NCBI GenBank assembly: GCA_964016885.1
Contig: OZ024755.1
Location: 17,670,001 to 17,734,000, forward strand
DNA length: 64,000 nucleotides
Direction of reading: 5' to 3'
Source: Eledone cirrhosa
Taxonomy: Eukaryota
The notes under the pieces are model-generated. The model saw nothing but the letters and a program-made list of their open reading frames with translations. It was not told where the DNA came from and made no database searches. This document shows, one piece after another, positions 1 through 13,115 of the stretch. The position numbers were made by a program, and so were the translations under genes. Positions within the stretch are counted from its first letter, which is position 1; each line of letters opens with the position of its first letter.

Positions 1-245
1 CAGCCTCTGATTAATAATTATATATTTTATTTCGGAAAAAAAACCCCCAAGAGAATCCGTTATTTTCAAAATGATAGTTATTTAACGTGAAATTTCTAAG
101 AGAAATTACGTACTTGAAATTCAATAGTTAAATATTTGAAGCAATAATAAGCTTTTGGGTGAATATATTACTTAAATCTTTTATAATTAAACTTTATAGC
201 CATGTATTCGTTCGTATTTGCTGTTTGTTTTTATTATTAGTATTA

Positions 246-725
246 GGGCGGTGAATTGGCAGTATTGGTAGAGGGTCGGACGCCATGCTTTGACGCATAG
301 AGTTACGGCCCTTTCCATTCTGAGTTCAAATCCCGCCGAGGTTAACTTTGCCTTTCATCCTTACGGGGTCGATAAAATAAAGTACCAGTAATACACTGCG
401 TAATTGCTGGTCTTGTGCCTAACGTAGAAACAATTATTAGTATTCAGTGGTGGATTGGCAGTATTGGTAGAACGTCGGACACCATGCTTTGCAGCATAGA
501 GTTGTGGCCCTTTGCGTTCTGAATTCAAATCCCGCCGAGGTTAACTTTGTGTAAGAATTTTTATTAGTTATGTAAGAATTTTTATTAGTTATGCTTAAAA
601 CACCAGCTTAATGATGAGGAATTCTAACTTTGCCTTTCATCCTTACGGGATCGATAAAATAAAGCACCAGTAATGCACTGGGGTAATTGCTAGCCTTGTG
701 CCAAAAGTAGAAACAATTATTAATA
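246..725 (+). mobile_element. Tandem cluster of tRNA-derived SINEs (family 1, Meta/MESC-like central domain)
   Basis: A-box-like TGGCAGTATTGG, B-box GAGTTCAAATCC, core GCCTTTCATCCTTACGGGGTCGATAAAATAAAGTACCAG, tail AGAAACAATTATTA. More than 20 copies or fragments in the window. Confidence 0.8.
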
Positions 726-1569
726 TTCAGTAAAAGGGCATCTATCTAACCGTAGAAAACTTGCCAAGCAAAGGCTCGGGAGGACCCTTCAGTCGTGACA
801 AGGGCTTGACAGTCTCCCTAGTGTTGGTGGTCTACAGAATAAACGCGCTCAGTACCCACTGTAAAGTGGTTGGTGGTGGGAAGGACATCCAGCCGTAGAA
901 GGTTTGCCAAACAAAGAGTCGGGAGGGCATAAACGAGACAACAGATCCTTGGCCTATCTGGGCTATCAGTAGCCACTGCTTTAAAACTGACTTGGTCTCT
1001 ATGTAGACCCGTCCAACCCTTGCTAGCAGGGAAAGCGGGCGTTAAAACAATGATGATGATGATGATGTTATGCTATGTTTTTCTTTTTGTTTTGTATGTT
1101 CAGAGCATAGGATCTGTTAGGGCGTTCTTCTTATATGTCGTAGCTACGAGGGTCGACTGGAACGTTCATAGACTGACTATGATTGAGTGATGCTAGAGCT
1201 GTGAAATGTGAACCTGTAGTTCACACATCTCCATTCCATTGTCTTACAAACACTTCAATCGTTCACATTTTTTTCTTCTTCTTCTTCTTCTTCTTCTTCT
1301 TCTTCACCTTAATTACACACCCATGGTACACGTGCACAAAACAACTGTTTCCAACTAAAAACGTGTAATTAGATATTAAGAAGATATACGAGGATCAGCT
1401 GAGAAGTTCATAGATTGACTATGAATGAGTGATGCTAGAGCTGTGAACAATTAATAAGCGGGGATGGAGATGGAATAAGAGCGGGGGGGGGGGGGCTGAA
1501 AATGCGAAAAAATTAATAAGTGGGGAAGGGACGATTATTCGAGACCCAAGAACATAAACTTCGTGTGTA

Positions 1570-1953
1570 AATAATTGTTTCTTTTGTCGGCACAAGGCCA
1601 GCAATTTTCCCAGTGCATTACTGGTACTTTATTTTATCGACCCCGTAAGGTTGAAAGGCAAAGTTAACCTCGGCGGGATTTGAACTCAGACCGTAAAGGG
1701 ACGTAACTCTATGCTGAAAAGCATGGCGTCTGACCCTCTATCAATACTGCCAATCCACCACCCTGGAGTTTCTACTTTTGGCACAAGGCCAGCGATTACT
1801 CCAGTGCATTACTGGTACTTTATTTTATCGACCTTGTAAGGATGAAGGGCAAAGTTAACCTCGGCGGATTTAAACTCAGAACGCAAGGGGCCATAACTCT
1901 ATGCTGCAAAGCATGGTGTATGACGCTCTACCGATACTGCCAATCCACCGCCC
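1570..1953 (-). mobile_element. Two tandem family-1 SINEs
   Basis: Reverse complement of the 246-440 consensus, present twice. Confidence 0.8.
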
Positions 1954-2554
1954 TGTGTGTGTATATAATGATTGTAAATAATTGTTTTGATGTTTAGTAA
2001 ATTACAAAGTAATATACAATGTTGTATTGATCAATATATCGTTCTTAATGACACTGTCATCCCATTTGATTTTCTGTATCGATCGAACTTTTTGCTTGAT
2101 TAAATCTCTCAAGTTAAACATATTTGATGTTGATTTGTTGTCTTAAATCTTATAACCAGCTGGATACTGCAGATCATTTTATATTGAGTCTGAGGTTCTG
2201 GTTGTAAAAGATACGATGTGAGAAGTGCCTAAATGCTTTGTCGGCTGCTCGTAGTCGGTTGGTGGTGTATGGTCTGACAGGTAGAGACGTAGCTAAGGAA
2301 AAATATCACTTATGGCAAGTAGTGAAATTGCGCTCTTGTTCAAACGTCTGACGCCCATCTATGGGCTTAATAATTTATATAAATGGTTTAATGATCTAAC
2401 CACCCATGATAATCAAGAAGAAGAAGAAATCGGTTGTGTTCAGACCTGAAGAAGGATGGGTTCCACCAGATTTTAAATACCCAAGATATGTCTTGTGGTT
2501 ACCACTACGACTCCACCACAATTACGGGTCCTCTCTCTCTCTCTCTCTCTCCCC

Positions 2555-2598
<44 letters not shown>

Positions 2599-2764
2599 AA
2601 TTGAAATTTGCCAAATAAAATATTAGATTCTATTAATATAGAAATGGCTTCTACGGGACTAGAATTGATTCGTTGGAAGGAAATCATTAGGAAGCCATTT
2701 CTATATTAAAAGTTTATACTCTATGTATTGAGTACCTTACTGTGGTTACCCCCCGATTGAACCC

Positions 2765-2900
<136 letters not shown>

Positions 2901-3330
2901 ATGCAATAATGGTTCTTTGTTCCCATTTAATATTATTTTATATATATATATATATATATTTAAGTTAAGAGATGAGTTTTTAGTATGCAATTTGAAAGAA
3001 AGCAGACGAGAAAACCAGATTTTTAGATGTGATAGACAGGAGTTTTGGGAAGAAGAGAAGTGGGTGAGTATTTAGGTGAATGGTGTCCTTAAGAACTTAG
3101 ACAGATAATATTAGCACTCAACTAGACATATATAAACAGATAAGTGTGTTGTCTACGTAAAGAAATATGAGAAGAGTAGAAAACAGCTGCACAATGATCA
3201 AATGATTAAAATTATTGATCAAGTTTAGCGATCGGAAGACATAATTTATTAATTTACTAGAAAAAAATATATACACCGTCCTCCAGACGGCTCTCGGCTC
3301 TCTCTCTATCTCTCTCTCTATCTATCTATC

Positions 3331-3848
3331 TTGATCAAACCGCCACCCTCCTTCAAAAACGAAGGAGAGGCGGTTTTCCTTTGTGTGATAGCTATGGCGA
3401 AAGAGGTTGTATGGTGGACAAGGTTGAAAGGGCTGAGGTCAGACACCTTTCTCTCCGGCCAACAACTGATTCTTTTTTTCAAATACCACTTTGGAAGAAG
3501 AATCAGGATGGAGAGAGAGGTGCTGTACCCCAGCAAGTTTTATGAAAGGTGGGTGAAAGTGGCGAGAATGGCCCGAGTGAATGGGCCTTCTCTCTATATC
3601 AGCCTGTAGGTTGAGGAAAAGGAGGAGGAGAGGAAAGGAGTACAAGCTCTTCGTACTCCTGGAGATGAGGGTTGCACATTTTTTTCGGGGGTCTGTGTTA
3701 CCCATATAAACTGTCTCCCTCTATTGGGGAAAATCGACTAACTTTTAAATTCCATCTGTGATAACATTTTACACGTTTTTATTGTATGTAAACTTCCCCC
3801 TTTGTATTTGTCCCCTTCTTTTGTGCCCCTGTGGCTAATAAAGAAATA
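3331..3848 (+). mobile_element. 5'-truncated non-LTR retrotransposon 3' end (L1/Tx1-like) in a (TATC)n tract
   Basis: ORF C-terminus (AKEVVWWTRLKG...[14 protein letters not shown]...FYERW) ending at 3609, then a 3' UTR ending GCTAATAAAGAAATA. TATC repeats on both flanks. Near-identical copy at 24898-25283. Clade is inferred. Confidence 0.65.
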
Positions 3849-4414
3849 TATCTATTTATCTATCTATCTATCCATGTATAATATTGTTTGAAGAAAAATA
3901 CTATATTTTTGATATGCAAATGATACGAACTTACACTAATAAATCTAATACAACGACGTTTATTCTCTACAAAAAATGGTGACCCTTCCTTCCCTCTCTT
4001 CTCTCCAACACCATCAAACTTAATTAAACCAATATGTGATATGAACCAGTAATAAGTAGATGCTTGATTGGATCAGCCCAGCCCAGTACAACACAACACC
4101 TTCAATAAGATTTTAACCCGTGTCGAGGTTCGAATAAAAGGTTGTTTTCTTTGTTTTTACTTTTAATTTATTTATTTTATTTATATATTTTTTTAATCAA
4201 CTCTCGAATATTCCTCAGATTCTGTTCTGGGAACGTGCAATGTGGAGAATCGTTCTTAATTAAAAGGTGACATTACTTTCGTGATGGGAGTACAAATACG
4301 AGTATGCAAGGACATGCTTGATTTTGTGGTTTATTTACTTGAATACTTACATACAATACTTTAGATTTGTCGAAGCCAGAAAGCCATACGGACACAGGTA
4401 GAATAATTAGTATT

Positions 4415-5461
4415 TTACGTTCTGAGTTCAAATCCTGCCGAGATTAACTTCGCCTTTCATCCTTACGGGGGTCGATAAAATAAAGCACCAGTAATACACT
4501 GGGGTAATTGCTGGCCTTGTGGCAAAAGTAGAAACAATTATTATAGATTTTATTAAAAGGTTGGTAAGGGTAGTGGATTGGCAATAACGGTAGAACGTCG
4601 GACATACTTTGTGGCACAGAGTTACGGCCCTTTACGTTCTGAGTTCAAATCCCACCATTGGCTTTGCCTTTCATCCATTCAAAGGTTGAACTAAAAAAAA
4701 AAGGTACTAGTTTACTACTGGGGTCGATTCTTCCCCTATATTTCTTTCTCGCTTCCATTCTCTCACTCCTCCCTATCCTTCTCTGGAAGAAATCTGCTGT
4801 ATTCAGACCTGGAGAGAAGATGGGTTCCACCAGGTTTTAAAATGCCCAAGTAACGTCGTATACGGCGCCTCTCCGACTCCGTTACGGCCTTTCATATTCT
4901 GAGTTCAAATCCCGCGGTTGATAAATAAAGCACCAGTAATGTACTGGGATCGATTTAATCGACTTTCCTCTCCTTTCAAAATTGTTGGCATTGTGCCTAA
5001 GTCAGAAATCATTATAAGGGCAGGGGCTTGGCAGTATCGGTAGAGCGTCGGACAACATGCTTTGCCGACAAAGAATTACGTCGCTTTACGTTCTGAGTTA
5101 AAATCTTGCTCAGGTCAACTTTGCCTTAAAGATTACAGGAAAAGCCAACCTCGGCGGGATTTGAACTCAGAACGTAAAGAGCCGTAACTCTATGCCACAA
5201 AGTATCTCCGACGTTCTACCGTTATTGCCAATCCACTACCCTTACCACCCTTTTAATAAAATCCATAATAATTGTTTCTATTTTTGCCACAAGGGCAGCA
5301 ATTACCCCAATGTATTACTGGTACTTCATTTTATTGACCCCCGTAAGGATGAAAGGCAAAGTTAACCTCGGCGGGATTTGCACTCAGAACGTAAAGCGAC
5401 GTAACTATATGCCGCCAAGCATGTTGTCGAACGCTTTACCGATTCTGCCTATCGACCGCCC
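4415..5461. mobile_element. Cluster of family-1 SINEs and fragments (+ copies about 4415-5125, - copies about 5140-5461); another - copy at 6960-7135
   Basis: Repeated GAGTTCAAATCC / CTTTCATCCTTACGGG blocks in both orientations. Confidence 0.75.
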
Positions 5462-5979
5462 TCGTGTTGTATAATCTGTTGTATATTGTAATATGTACGA
5501 GAATTCTTGCGATTAGAGCAAAGAAATAGTAGGTTATGGTTATAGATAACGTAATTGTAGAAATAACAAAACAGAAACTAGTTATCAGAACACTTTCCAC
5601 TGTAGCATAGATAGGGAGAGGGCGACAAATATATGGAGGAGGCACTTTTAGGTCTGCTGTATTTATTTATTTGAGGTGGTGGCGGTGTTGGTGATGGTGG
5701 TGGGCATTCACAGTCTGTTTCATTAGCTCTCATACCACACGTAGTCAACGACAAATATATTTACAATAACGAAAGAAAAACGCATAACATCAAAACACCC
5801 TACAAATAATACTTCATATCTCTGATGAACTTTCATAGCAAACCAGTAGAGTAGCTAGAAGGGGCGGGGGTGGTCCGCCCCGGGTGAGATTTTTATGGGG
5901 GCGGCACTTTTGGGTCTGCTGTAGGCTATAAGCATTCTTTTAATGCTGCAGCATAATATAATTGTACATAAACTCGTTA

Positions 5980-6012
<33 letters not shown>

Positions 6013-6052
6013 CGATATTAATAAATGGAAACTATATTTATAAAACCATATT

Positions 6053-6117
6053 TATTTCATTATATATATTTCAAGGATACCAAGTTACATTATGGTATGC
6101 CTTCATCAGACAAAATA
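6053..6117 (-). ncRNA. Type I hammerhead ribozyme motif, intact core
   Basis: Minus strand reads TATTTTGT-CTGATGA-AGGCATACCA(loop)TGGTATCCTT-GAAA-TATATA-TA-ATGAAATA. Stem I is 8 bp with G-U pairs; stem III is palindromic. Confidence 0.75.
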
Positions 6118-6243
6118 CAATATATAACAGTTTTATAATATATATATATATATATATATATTGTAGGAGGTGAGTTTTATTTATATGTTGATTTAACACT
6201 TCACTGCTCGCAAGTGTTTTTTAAGCTTCATATCATGTCTCCC

Positions 6244-6314
6244 TATTTTATCTGATGAGAACGCAAATATCATCCCATGATGATATTTGTTTTTGAAATG
6301 CGCATAATAAAATA
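6244..6314 (+). ncRNA. Type I hammerhead ribozyme motif, intact core
   Basis: Stem I TATTTTAT/ATAAAATA (8 bp). CTGATGA 6252-6258. Long stem II containing CAAATATCATC-CCAT-GATGATATTTG. GAAA 6295-6298. Palindromic stem III A-TGCGCA-T. Cleavage triplet AUA, cut predicted after 6306. Confidence 0.8.
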
Positions 6315-6344
6315 CATGGAACTCTTTTAACCATCTTTTGATTT

Positions 6345-6394
<50 letters not shown>

Positions 6395-7142
6395 CTTCTA
6401 CAGGACTAGAACTGTTTCATTCGGGAGTTCCTGGTGATTTCTCCCGAATGAAACAGTTCTAGTCCTGTAGAAGCCATTTCTATATTAAATATTTATACTC
6501 TGCTATACTTACTTACTTACTTACTGTGGTTACCCCCGATTGAACCCGGGATAAACATATATATATATATATTAAAAGCAATATGTATTTTTTGTGGGGG
6601 CCCGGGAGCGACAAACTGAAGGGCTGCCCTGTGTGGCACACTCTAGCTACGTCACTGTAGCAAACATATATACTAAAGGTTTCCCAATCTGGAGTCTGCG
6701 AACCCTTGGGTAATACTGGGACCCCGGGAGTTGTGTACGTAGTTGACATCAAAGACAAACTATTTTACTTTGTAACAGTCTTCAGAAGTGAGGAGACGAT
6801 TCGCGTGTAATTTCCTTTTTGCCGTTTTTTTTTTCAGGGCGAGAAGGGCAGCGCCCCATAACCCCTACTTATCAGGGTCTGCGAGATTGTTGTTGGGAAA
6901 AACGACGAAGGTAACCCTAAATCGAAGACTTGAATCCGAGCGCTTGTAATACAGAGAAATAATTATTTCTACTTTTGGCACAAGGCCAGCAAATACCCAG
7001 TACATTACTGGTACTTTATTTTATCAACCCTGTAAGGATGAAAGGCAAAGTTAACCTCGGTGGGATTTGAACTCAGATCGTAAAGGGACGTAACTATGCT
7101 GGAAAGCATGTCCGACCCTCTACCGATACTGCCAATGGTACC

Positions 7143-7284
7143 CAGTGGCGTAGCTAGTGAGTGAGTCTCGCAGGGCAGCCCTTGAGTTTGCTACCCACCT
7201 CCATCCCCACATTGAAATTTATATATATATAACAGACCCTTAAAATGCGTCCTCTATCGTCCCTGTCCCTTAGCTACGTTACTG
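7143..7284. mobile_element. Short hAT-type MITE related to 5844-6657
   Basis: TIRs CAGTGGCGTAGCTA / TAGCTACGTTACTG. Shares CAGGGCAGCCCTT with the other copy in inverted orientation. No clean TSD. Confidence 0.6.
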
Positions 7285-9214
7285 AAAGTATGCCAGATAC
7301 CAGGAGATAGTGTTAAAAAAAAAAGGGGGTAGCGAATTAAGTGTACCACCCAAGAATTCCGAATGCGAAAGAACCGCGGAAAGAAAGATTCAATGGTTTG
7401 ATGCACCAAGATTCCACCACCCCACCGCCCTTCACTGATACATTATTTTATCGATCCTCCATTCTCCTCCCACCATTTTCCGAAGGGATGAAACGCAAAG
7501 TTGACCTCGACTGGATTTGACCCCAGACTTTCTTTGGGGGACGAAAGCTTCCAATTTATCTAGGTTTTTAGGAAGCATCAAAGATTCATGGTGGTAAAAA
7601 TAAAAAATGGTTAAAAAAAATGATTGACAAAAAGTTTCTTTTAAAATAGCTGAAAGATAAAGAACGATTGTTGGAAGAACTTCAGAGCTTTCCTTCTCTT
7701 TCCTTCTTTCCTTCTTCTCTTGCTTTCTTTCCTTCTTCTCTTTCTTTCCTTCTTTCTTTCTTTGTTCTCTTTCCCTTCTTTCCTTCTTTCCTCCCTCCCT
7801 TTCTTTATTTCTTTCTTGTTTTAAAAGAAATATTTCGACTAGAAATAAAGTTTTTTTTTTTTTTTTTTTAATGTTGGTGGGTAATGGAGGTGGAGTGAGA
7901 TAGCTTGTAATTCCTATGAGACTGTATTTTGAAACACAGCCTGATTTCAACTCATCTGACCTCACATATTTTCGCACCAGATGGCAGTGCGCACGCGTTT
8001 TGCTTAGCTAGACTCTCTCTCTCTCTCTCTCTTTCTCTCGCTCTCTCTCTATCCCTTTCTCTCGCTCTCTCTCCTTTCTCTCGCTCTCTCTCTCTCTCGA
8101 TGTCTCTCCTTTCTCTCTTCCTCTCTCTCTTTCTCCCTATCTTCCATCTCCCTCCCTTCTCTCGCTTCACACCCTCTTTTTCTCTTCACACCTACCCCCC
8201 CCCCTCACCCCTTCCCCTCACCCCTTCCGTTCTCTCTCAAGTCGATATGTGACTCTATATTCTACCGGTACTACTTATGAGAGTGGTCATCGTTATCATC
8301 TTGTTTGAGGAATAACATTGTAGAATCTAGCAAGGTTTAGAGAATGTATTGGTTGTAGATTGGATCTTACTAATCCTAAATATTAAGGTTGTTGTTCCAA
8401 GAACTGATTAAGCTGTGTAAAATTCCTGTTTATGATTGTCGGTATAACTGAAGGTGCTTATTTCAGCTTCCTCTTGCGTTTATCAGTTGAAACGGTCAGC
8501 TCTGCCTTTGGAACACAAGTCTTTTGATAATCGTGTCCATTAAATGGTTCCATAGATGCACCATTTTCAATCTCTGGCATGTTTACAAAACTACACAAGG
8601 ATCTAATATTTCTCATCCTCTCTTGTTATTAATAATACGTCAATCCTTGTTATTTCATATTCTCATTAACCTCCATTAATCCCACTCAAACTATCACATA
8701 TTTTCTTGTGTGGTTTCTGTAGCACTGTGCTCTCTTCTTTCTCGTATACCTGAGGGACGTAGACTGACAGAGGGGGGCATACAGACACACATACATATAG
8801 GAACACGGACACACTGGCAGACACACACACACACACACACGCACCACTGGAACACGGACTGACACACTGACACACACACCACAGAGAGAGACAAGATCTC
8901 ATTTACACACAGGGACATACTCCCACAAAGGGACATGGATATACACAGAGAAAAACACACTCACTGACAGGGGGACACAGAAAGACACACACACCACGTC
9001 ATTGACACAAGCATAGAAACACATACAGACACACACACACCACACCACACCACAGAGAGAGACTGAGACACATATATACACACAGGGACACACTCACATT
9101 GAGGGACACGAGCGGACACTCACACACACACACAGCATCATTGACACACACACAGAGGAACAAACACTGGGATATAGACACATATACACACACGCCCAGA
9201 GGGACACAAGCACA

Positions 9215-9890
9215 CACAGACACAAACATATACATCGATGCAACCAAACACACACACACAAACATATACATCGATGCAACCAAACACACACACAAACATA
9301 TACATCGATGCAACCAAACACATACAGACACACATATACATCGATGCAACCAAACACACACACAGACACAAACATATACATCGATGCAGCCAAACACACA
9401 CACACAGACACAAACATATACATCGATGCAACCAAACACACACAGACACAAACATATACATCGATGCAAACAAACACACACAGATACAAACATATACATC
9501 GGTGCAACCAAACACACACACACAGACACAAACATATACATCGATGCAACCAAACACACACAGACACAAACATATACATCGATGCAAACAAACACACACA
9601 GCGATACAACAAACACACACAGATACAAACATATACATCGGTGCAAACAAACACACACAGACACAAACATACACATCGATGCAACCAAACATACACAGAC
9701 ACAAACATATACATCGATGCAAACAAACACACACAGCAATACAACAAACACACACAGACACAAACATATACATCGATGCAAACAAACACACAGACACACA
9801 CATATACATCGATGCAAACAAATACACACAGAGACACAAACAAACACACACAGTGATACAACAAACACACAGATAGATGGACACAAATAC
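9215..9890. repeat. Minisatellite, 30-40 bp variable unit ACACAAACATATACATCGATGCAA(C/A)CAAACAC
   Basis: About 15 visible units; source of the pseudo-ORFs at 9.0-10.2 kb. Confidence 0.85.
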
Positions 9891-10094
9891 AGACATACAG
9901 GTAACACCAGAAGGATGTTTTGACACTTGATACAGACAGACATCCACAAAACCACGCAAGCAGACGACCAAGCAAAGAATTAGTCAGTCGTTTAAATACA
10001 GAATACATAAATTTTACACACATGGAGCCAACATATTCATGACTAGACATACATAAATATATAAATACAATCAGAATTACTTGCGCGCGCGCAT

Positions 10095-10180
<86 letters not shown>

Positions 10181-10708
10181 AGAAATGCACTTTACTTCAA
10201 GTACATATATGTGCATACACTGAAGTGGACACACACACACACACACACACACACGCATACATTGAAGCAAGCATAAGGACGGGGACACACACACACGCAT
10301 ACATTGAAGTAAGCATAAGGACGGACGGACACACACACACACCTGCAGTTACGTGGTGACATAACCAGACACACACACATCAACACTTGAAGACATTCAC
10401 ACACGGTTAGAGGTGGGGACACACACACATACATACGTAACGTGTTTCAGGACGGACACACACACATACATACCCACCCACCAACACACACACACCAACA
10501 CACACACACCAACACACACACACCAACAAACCAACATACACACACCAACAAACCAACACACACACACACACTTCAACACGTGCTCTCACACAGAACTCTA
10601 CTTTCACCCGAGCTCACGTCGCAGAACTATATTCCTGATAATTTAACTATTTCCCCCTTTTCACTCTTGTCTGCTTTTCCTTCTTCCCGACACAATTTAA
10701 TTAACACA

Positions 10709-10710
<2 letters not shown>

Positions 10711-10745
<35 letters not shown>

Positions 10746-11285
10746 CTTCCTCTCGCCCTCTCTCTCCCCCCCCCCTCTCTCGCTCTCTCGTTCCTCTCTC
10801 TCGCTCTCTCGCTCCTCTCTCGCTCTCTCGCTCTCTCGCTCCTCTCTCGCTCTCTCGCTCTCTCGCTCCTCTCTCGCTCCTCTCTCGCTCCTCTCTCGCT
10901 CCTCTCTCGCTCCTCTCTCGCTCTCTCGCTCCTCTCTCGCTCTCTCGCCCTCTCGCCTCTCGCTCTCTCGCTCCTCTCTCGCTCTCGCTCTCTCTCTCCT
11001 CTCTCGCTCTCTCCTCTCTCGCTCTCTCCTCTCTCGCTCTCGCTCTCTCCTCTCTCTCGCTCTCTCGCTCTCGCTCTCTCCTCTCTCTCGCTCTCTCTCT
11101 CTCCTCTCTCTCGCTCTCTCTCGCTCTCTCTCTCCCTCCTCTCTCTCTCTCCTCTCTCCTCTCTCTCTCTCGCTCTCTCTCTCTCCTCTCTCTCGCTCTC
11201 TCTCTCCCTCCTCTCTCTCTCTCTCCTCTCTCTCTCTCGCTCCCTCTCGCTCCCTCCTCTCTCGCTCTCCTCTCTCTCCTCCTCT
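10711..11285. repeat. Polypyrimidine (CT)n/(CTCTCG)n compound microsatellite
   Basis: Direct reading; a similar shorter tract lies at 8013-8240. Confidence 0.9.
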
Positions 11286-11372
11286 TGTGTTTCCAAGCCA
11301 CTCTTCCGAAAATATTCCAAGTATCCATGCTATTTCTTATCTAAATCACACACGAACACATCGATATTCGCA
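11286..11372 (+). other. Possible non-coding first exon or promoter-proximal segment of TMTC4
   Basis: Unique sequence ending in a donor-like GCA|GTAAGC (GT at 11373-11374), in the CpG-retaining zone about 5.3 kb upstream of the first coding exon. Speculative. Confidence 0.25.
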
Positions 11373-11695
11373 GTAAGCTTTCACTAAAGGTTATGCTAAC
11401 ACGATTTCCTGAGGCTCTGTGTTTTTAAACAAGAAACAAGAATCCACTGACAGGCTCCAATATCCTCCCCCTCCTTATATCCCTCCCTTCCCCTCCCCCT
11501 TATATCCCTCCCTTCCCCTCCCCCTTATATCCTTTCCCCCTCTCTATATATTTCTATCTACCTTCCTCCCCTCTCTCTCTGTCTATAACTATTTTACTCC
11601 CCTTCTCTGAACCCTCTCCTTCTTACTTGACGATCAAAAATGTCTTGTCTTAAACCACTTAACTCACTATTTTACACACCACTTACTCTCTGGTT

Positions 11696-11732
<37 letters not shown>

Positions 11733-12260
11733 ATGTATGTATATATGTGTATATATATATATGTGTGTGTGTGTATGTATATATATGTGTGTATATATAT
11801 ATATATATGTGTGTGTGTATGTATATATATGTGTATATATATATATGTGTGTGTATGTATATATATGTGTATATATATATATGTGCGTGTATGTATATAT
11901 ATGTGTATATATATATATGTGCGTGTATGTATATATATGTGTGTATATATATATATGTGCGTGTATGTATATATATGTGTGTCTATATATATATGTGCGT
12001 AGATAAATGTGTGTGTATGTTTATATATATGTGTGTATGTATATATATATATATATATATATGTCTGTGGGTGCGTATGTATGTATGTACGTATAAAACA
12101 CGTTTTATTTTTTTTTTTAGTTTGTGTTTTGTTGGTTAGTTGTTGCGTGTGTGGGTTGTGTGATATTAAGCTTTCTCTTGACAACCATCGATAAATGACT
12201 TGGTTATCGTGGTAGCACATGATCAAAGGTGTCTCGTTCAGGTCGTGATCACTCGTCGGT

Positions 12261-12304
<44 letters not shown>

Positions 12305-12908
12305 TTGTTGTTGTTGCCGTTACTGTTATTGTATTTTTGCCAGAGTGTGTATGTATATAATAACTGCTTTCGTTTTACAAAGGTTTGGTGTCCGGTTTCG
12401 ATAATCCCAACTGCGTGACATCTTGAACAAGTGTCATTTATTTACCATAGCCTCGGGTCGACTCATCGTAACTTGTAAGTGGAAACTGGGTAGGCGGAAA
12501 CTGTTTGGAAGCCCGTTGTTTAAATGGACTCTTTATCTGTAATTGCAAGAGCTATCTTTGTCACATATACATTGTGTCATGATGAATCTCCCTGAGAATT
12601 ACGTGAAAGATACACGTGTTTATGGAATGCTTAAACACTTATTCTTTAATTTCAGGAACTAGCCGTTCTTTAATTGAACACCTAAAAAACTTGCCGTTAA
12701 AACCGAATGAACTCCATTTTTGTTTTCCATATTATCCAATGTTTCCTTCCTTCCCTTTTTAAGACTGAACAGGGGCCATTTCTAACAGGTTGGGAGACCA
12801 CTTAGAAATTTCTTGATGGCTTGTTTGAATGTATGCATAGTCATGTAACTCCAGGGGGAGTTATAGGGGTGCTGTATTTGATATGCAGTGTTTCTAGAAG
12901 ATTTTTAA

Positions 12909-13115
12909 CCCTTTAATGTTCAAACCGGCCAAAACCAACCAGAATTCTCTACCTCTATCTGTTGAAACTGGCTGTAACTGGTTGCTCAAACTGATGTTAA
13001 GGTATTGTTCTCAAAATAAATACTTTCAAAATCTCATAGATTCGATATTATGTGAGGTAAAATCTTTACCATGAAAATACAATAGTATATATAGAGTAAT
13101 GCGAATGCTAAAGGG
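12909..13115. mobile_element. piggyBac-type MITE (about 200 bp); further copies at about 19155-19368, 22536-22729 and 23438-23658
   Basis: TTAA|CCCTTT...GCTAAAGGG|TTAA termini. Internal sequence (GGTATTGTTCTCAAAATAAAT, ATAGATTCGATATTATGTGAG) is shared by four copies in both orientations. Confidence 0.75.

Larger units (their letters stand above)
5844..6657. mobile_element. hAT-type non-autonomous element (MITE) hosting nested insertions
   Basis: Imperfect TIRs CAGTAGAGTAGCTAG / CTAGCTACGTCACTG. Perfect 8-bp target duplication TAGCAAAC at 5836-5843 and 6658-6665. Confidence 0.85.

Noticed and set aside
2430-2530. CTGAAGA-containing dispersed repeat (also about 4790-4880, 13125-13180, 20335-20375 and 55480-55590)
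   Set aside because: It looks like a SINE-associated segment; no hammerhead stems or GAAA box are in register.
5822-5850. CTGATGA next to the hAT TSD (similar isolated boxes at about 14498, 18131 and 39883)
   Set aside because: No complete GAAA / stem III / NUH / stem I set can be built. These may be decayed remnants or chance 7-mers.
8999-12226. Long Cys/Val-, His/Thr-, Ser/Leu- and Glu/Arg-rich ORFs (also at 25.2-27.8, 35.2-38.1, 41.1-43.1, 49.9-54.3, 56.3-57.0 and 62.9-63.4 kb)
   Set aside because: These are translations of (CA)n, (TA)n, (CT)n and minisatellite DNA, open in several frames on both strands.
12259-12320. (TTG/CTG)n tract giving a poly-Leu ORF, or poly-Gln on the other strand
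   Set aside because: A simple trinucleotide microsatellite with no splice-consistent or homologous coding context.
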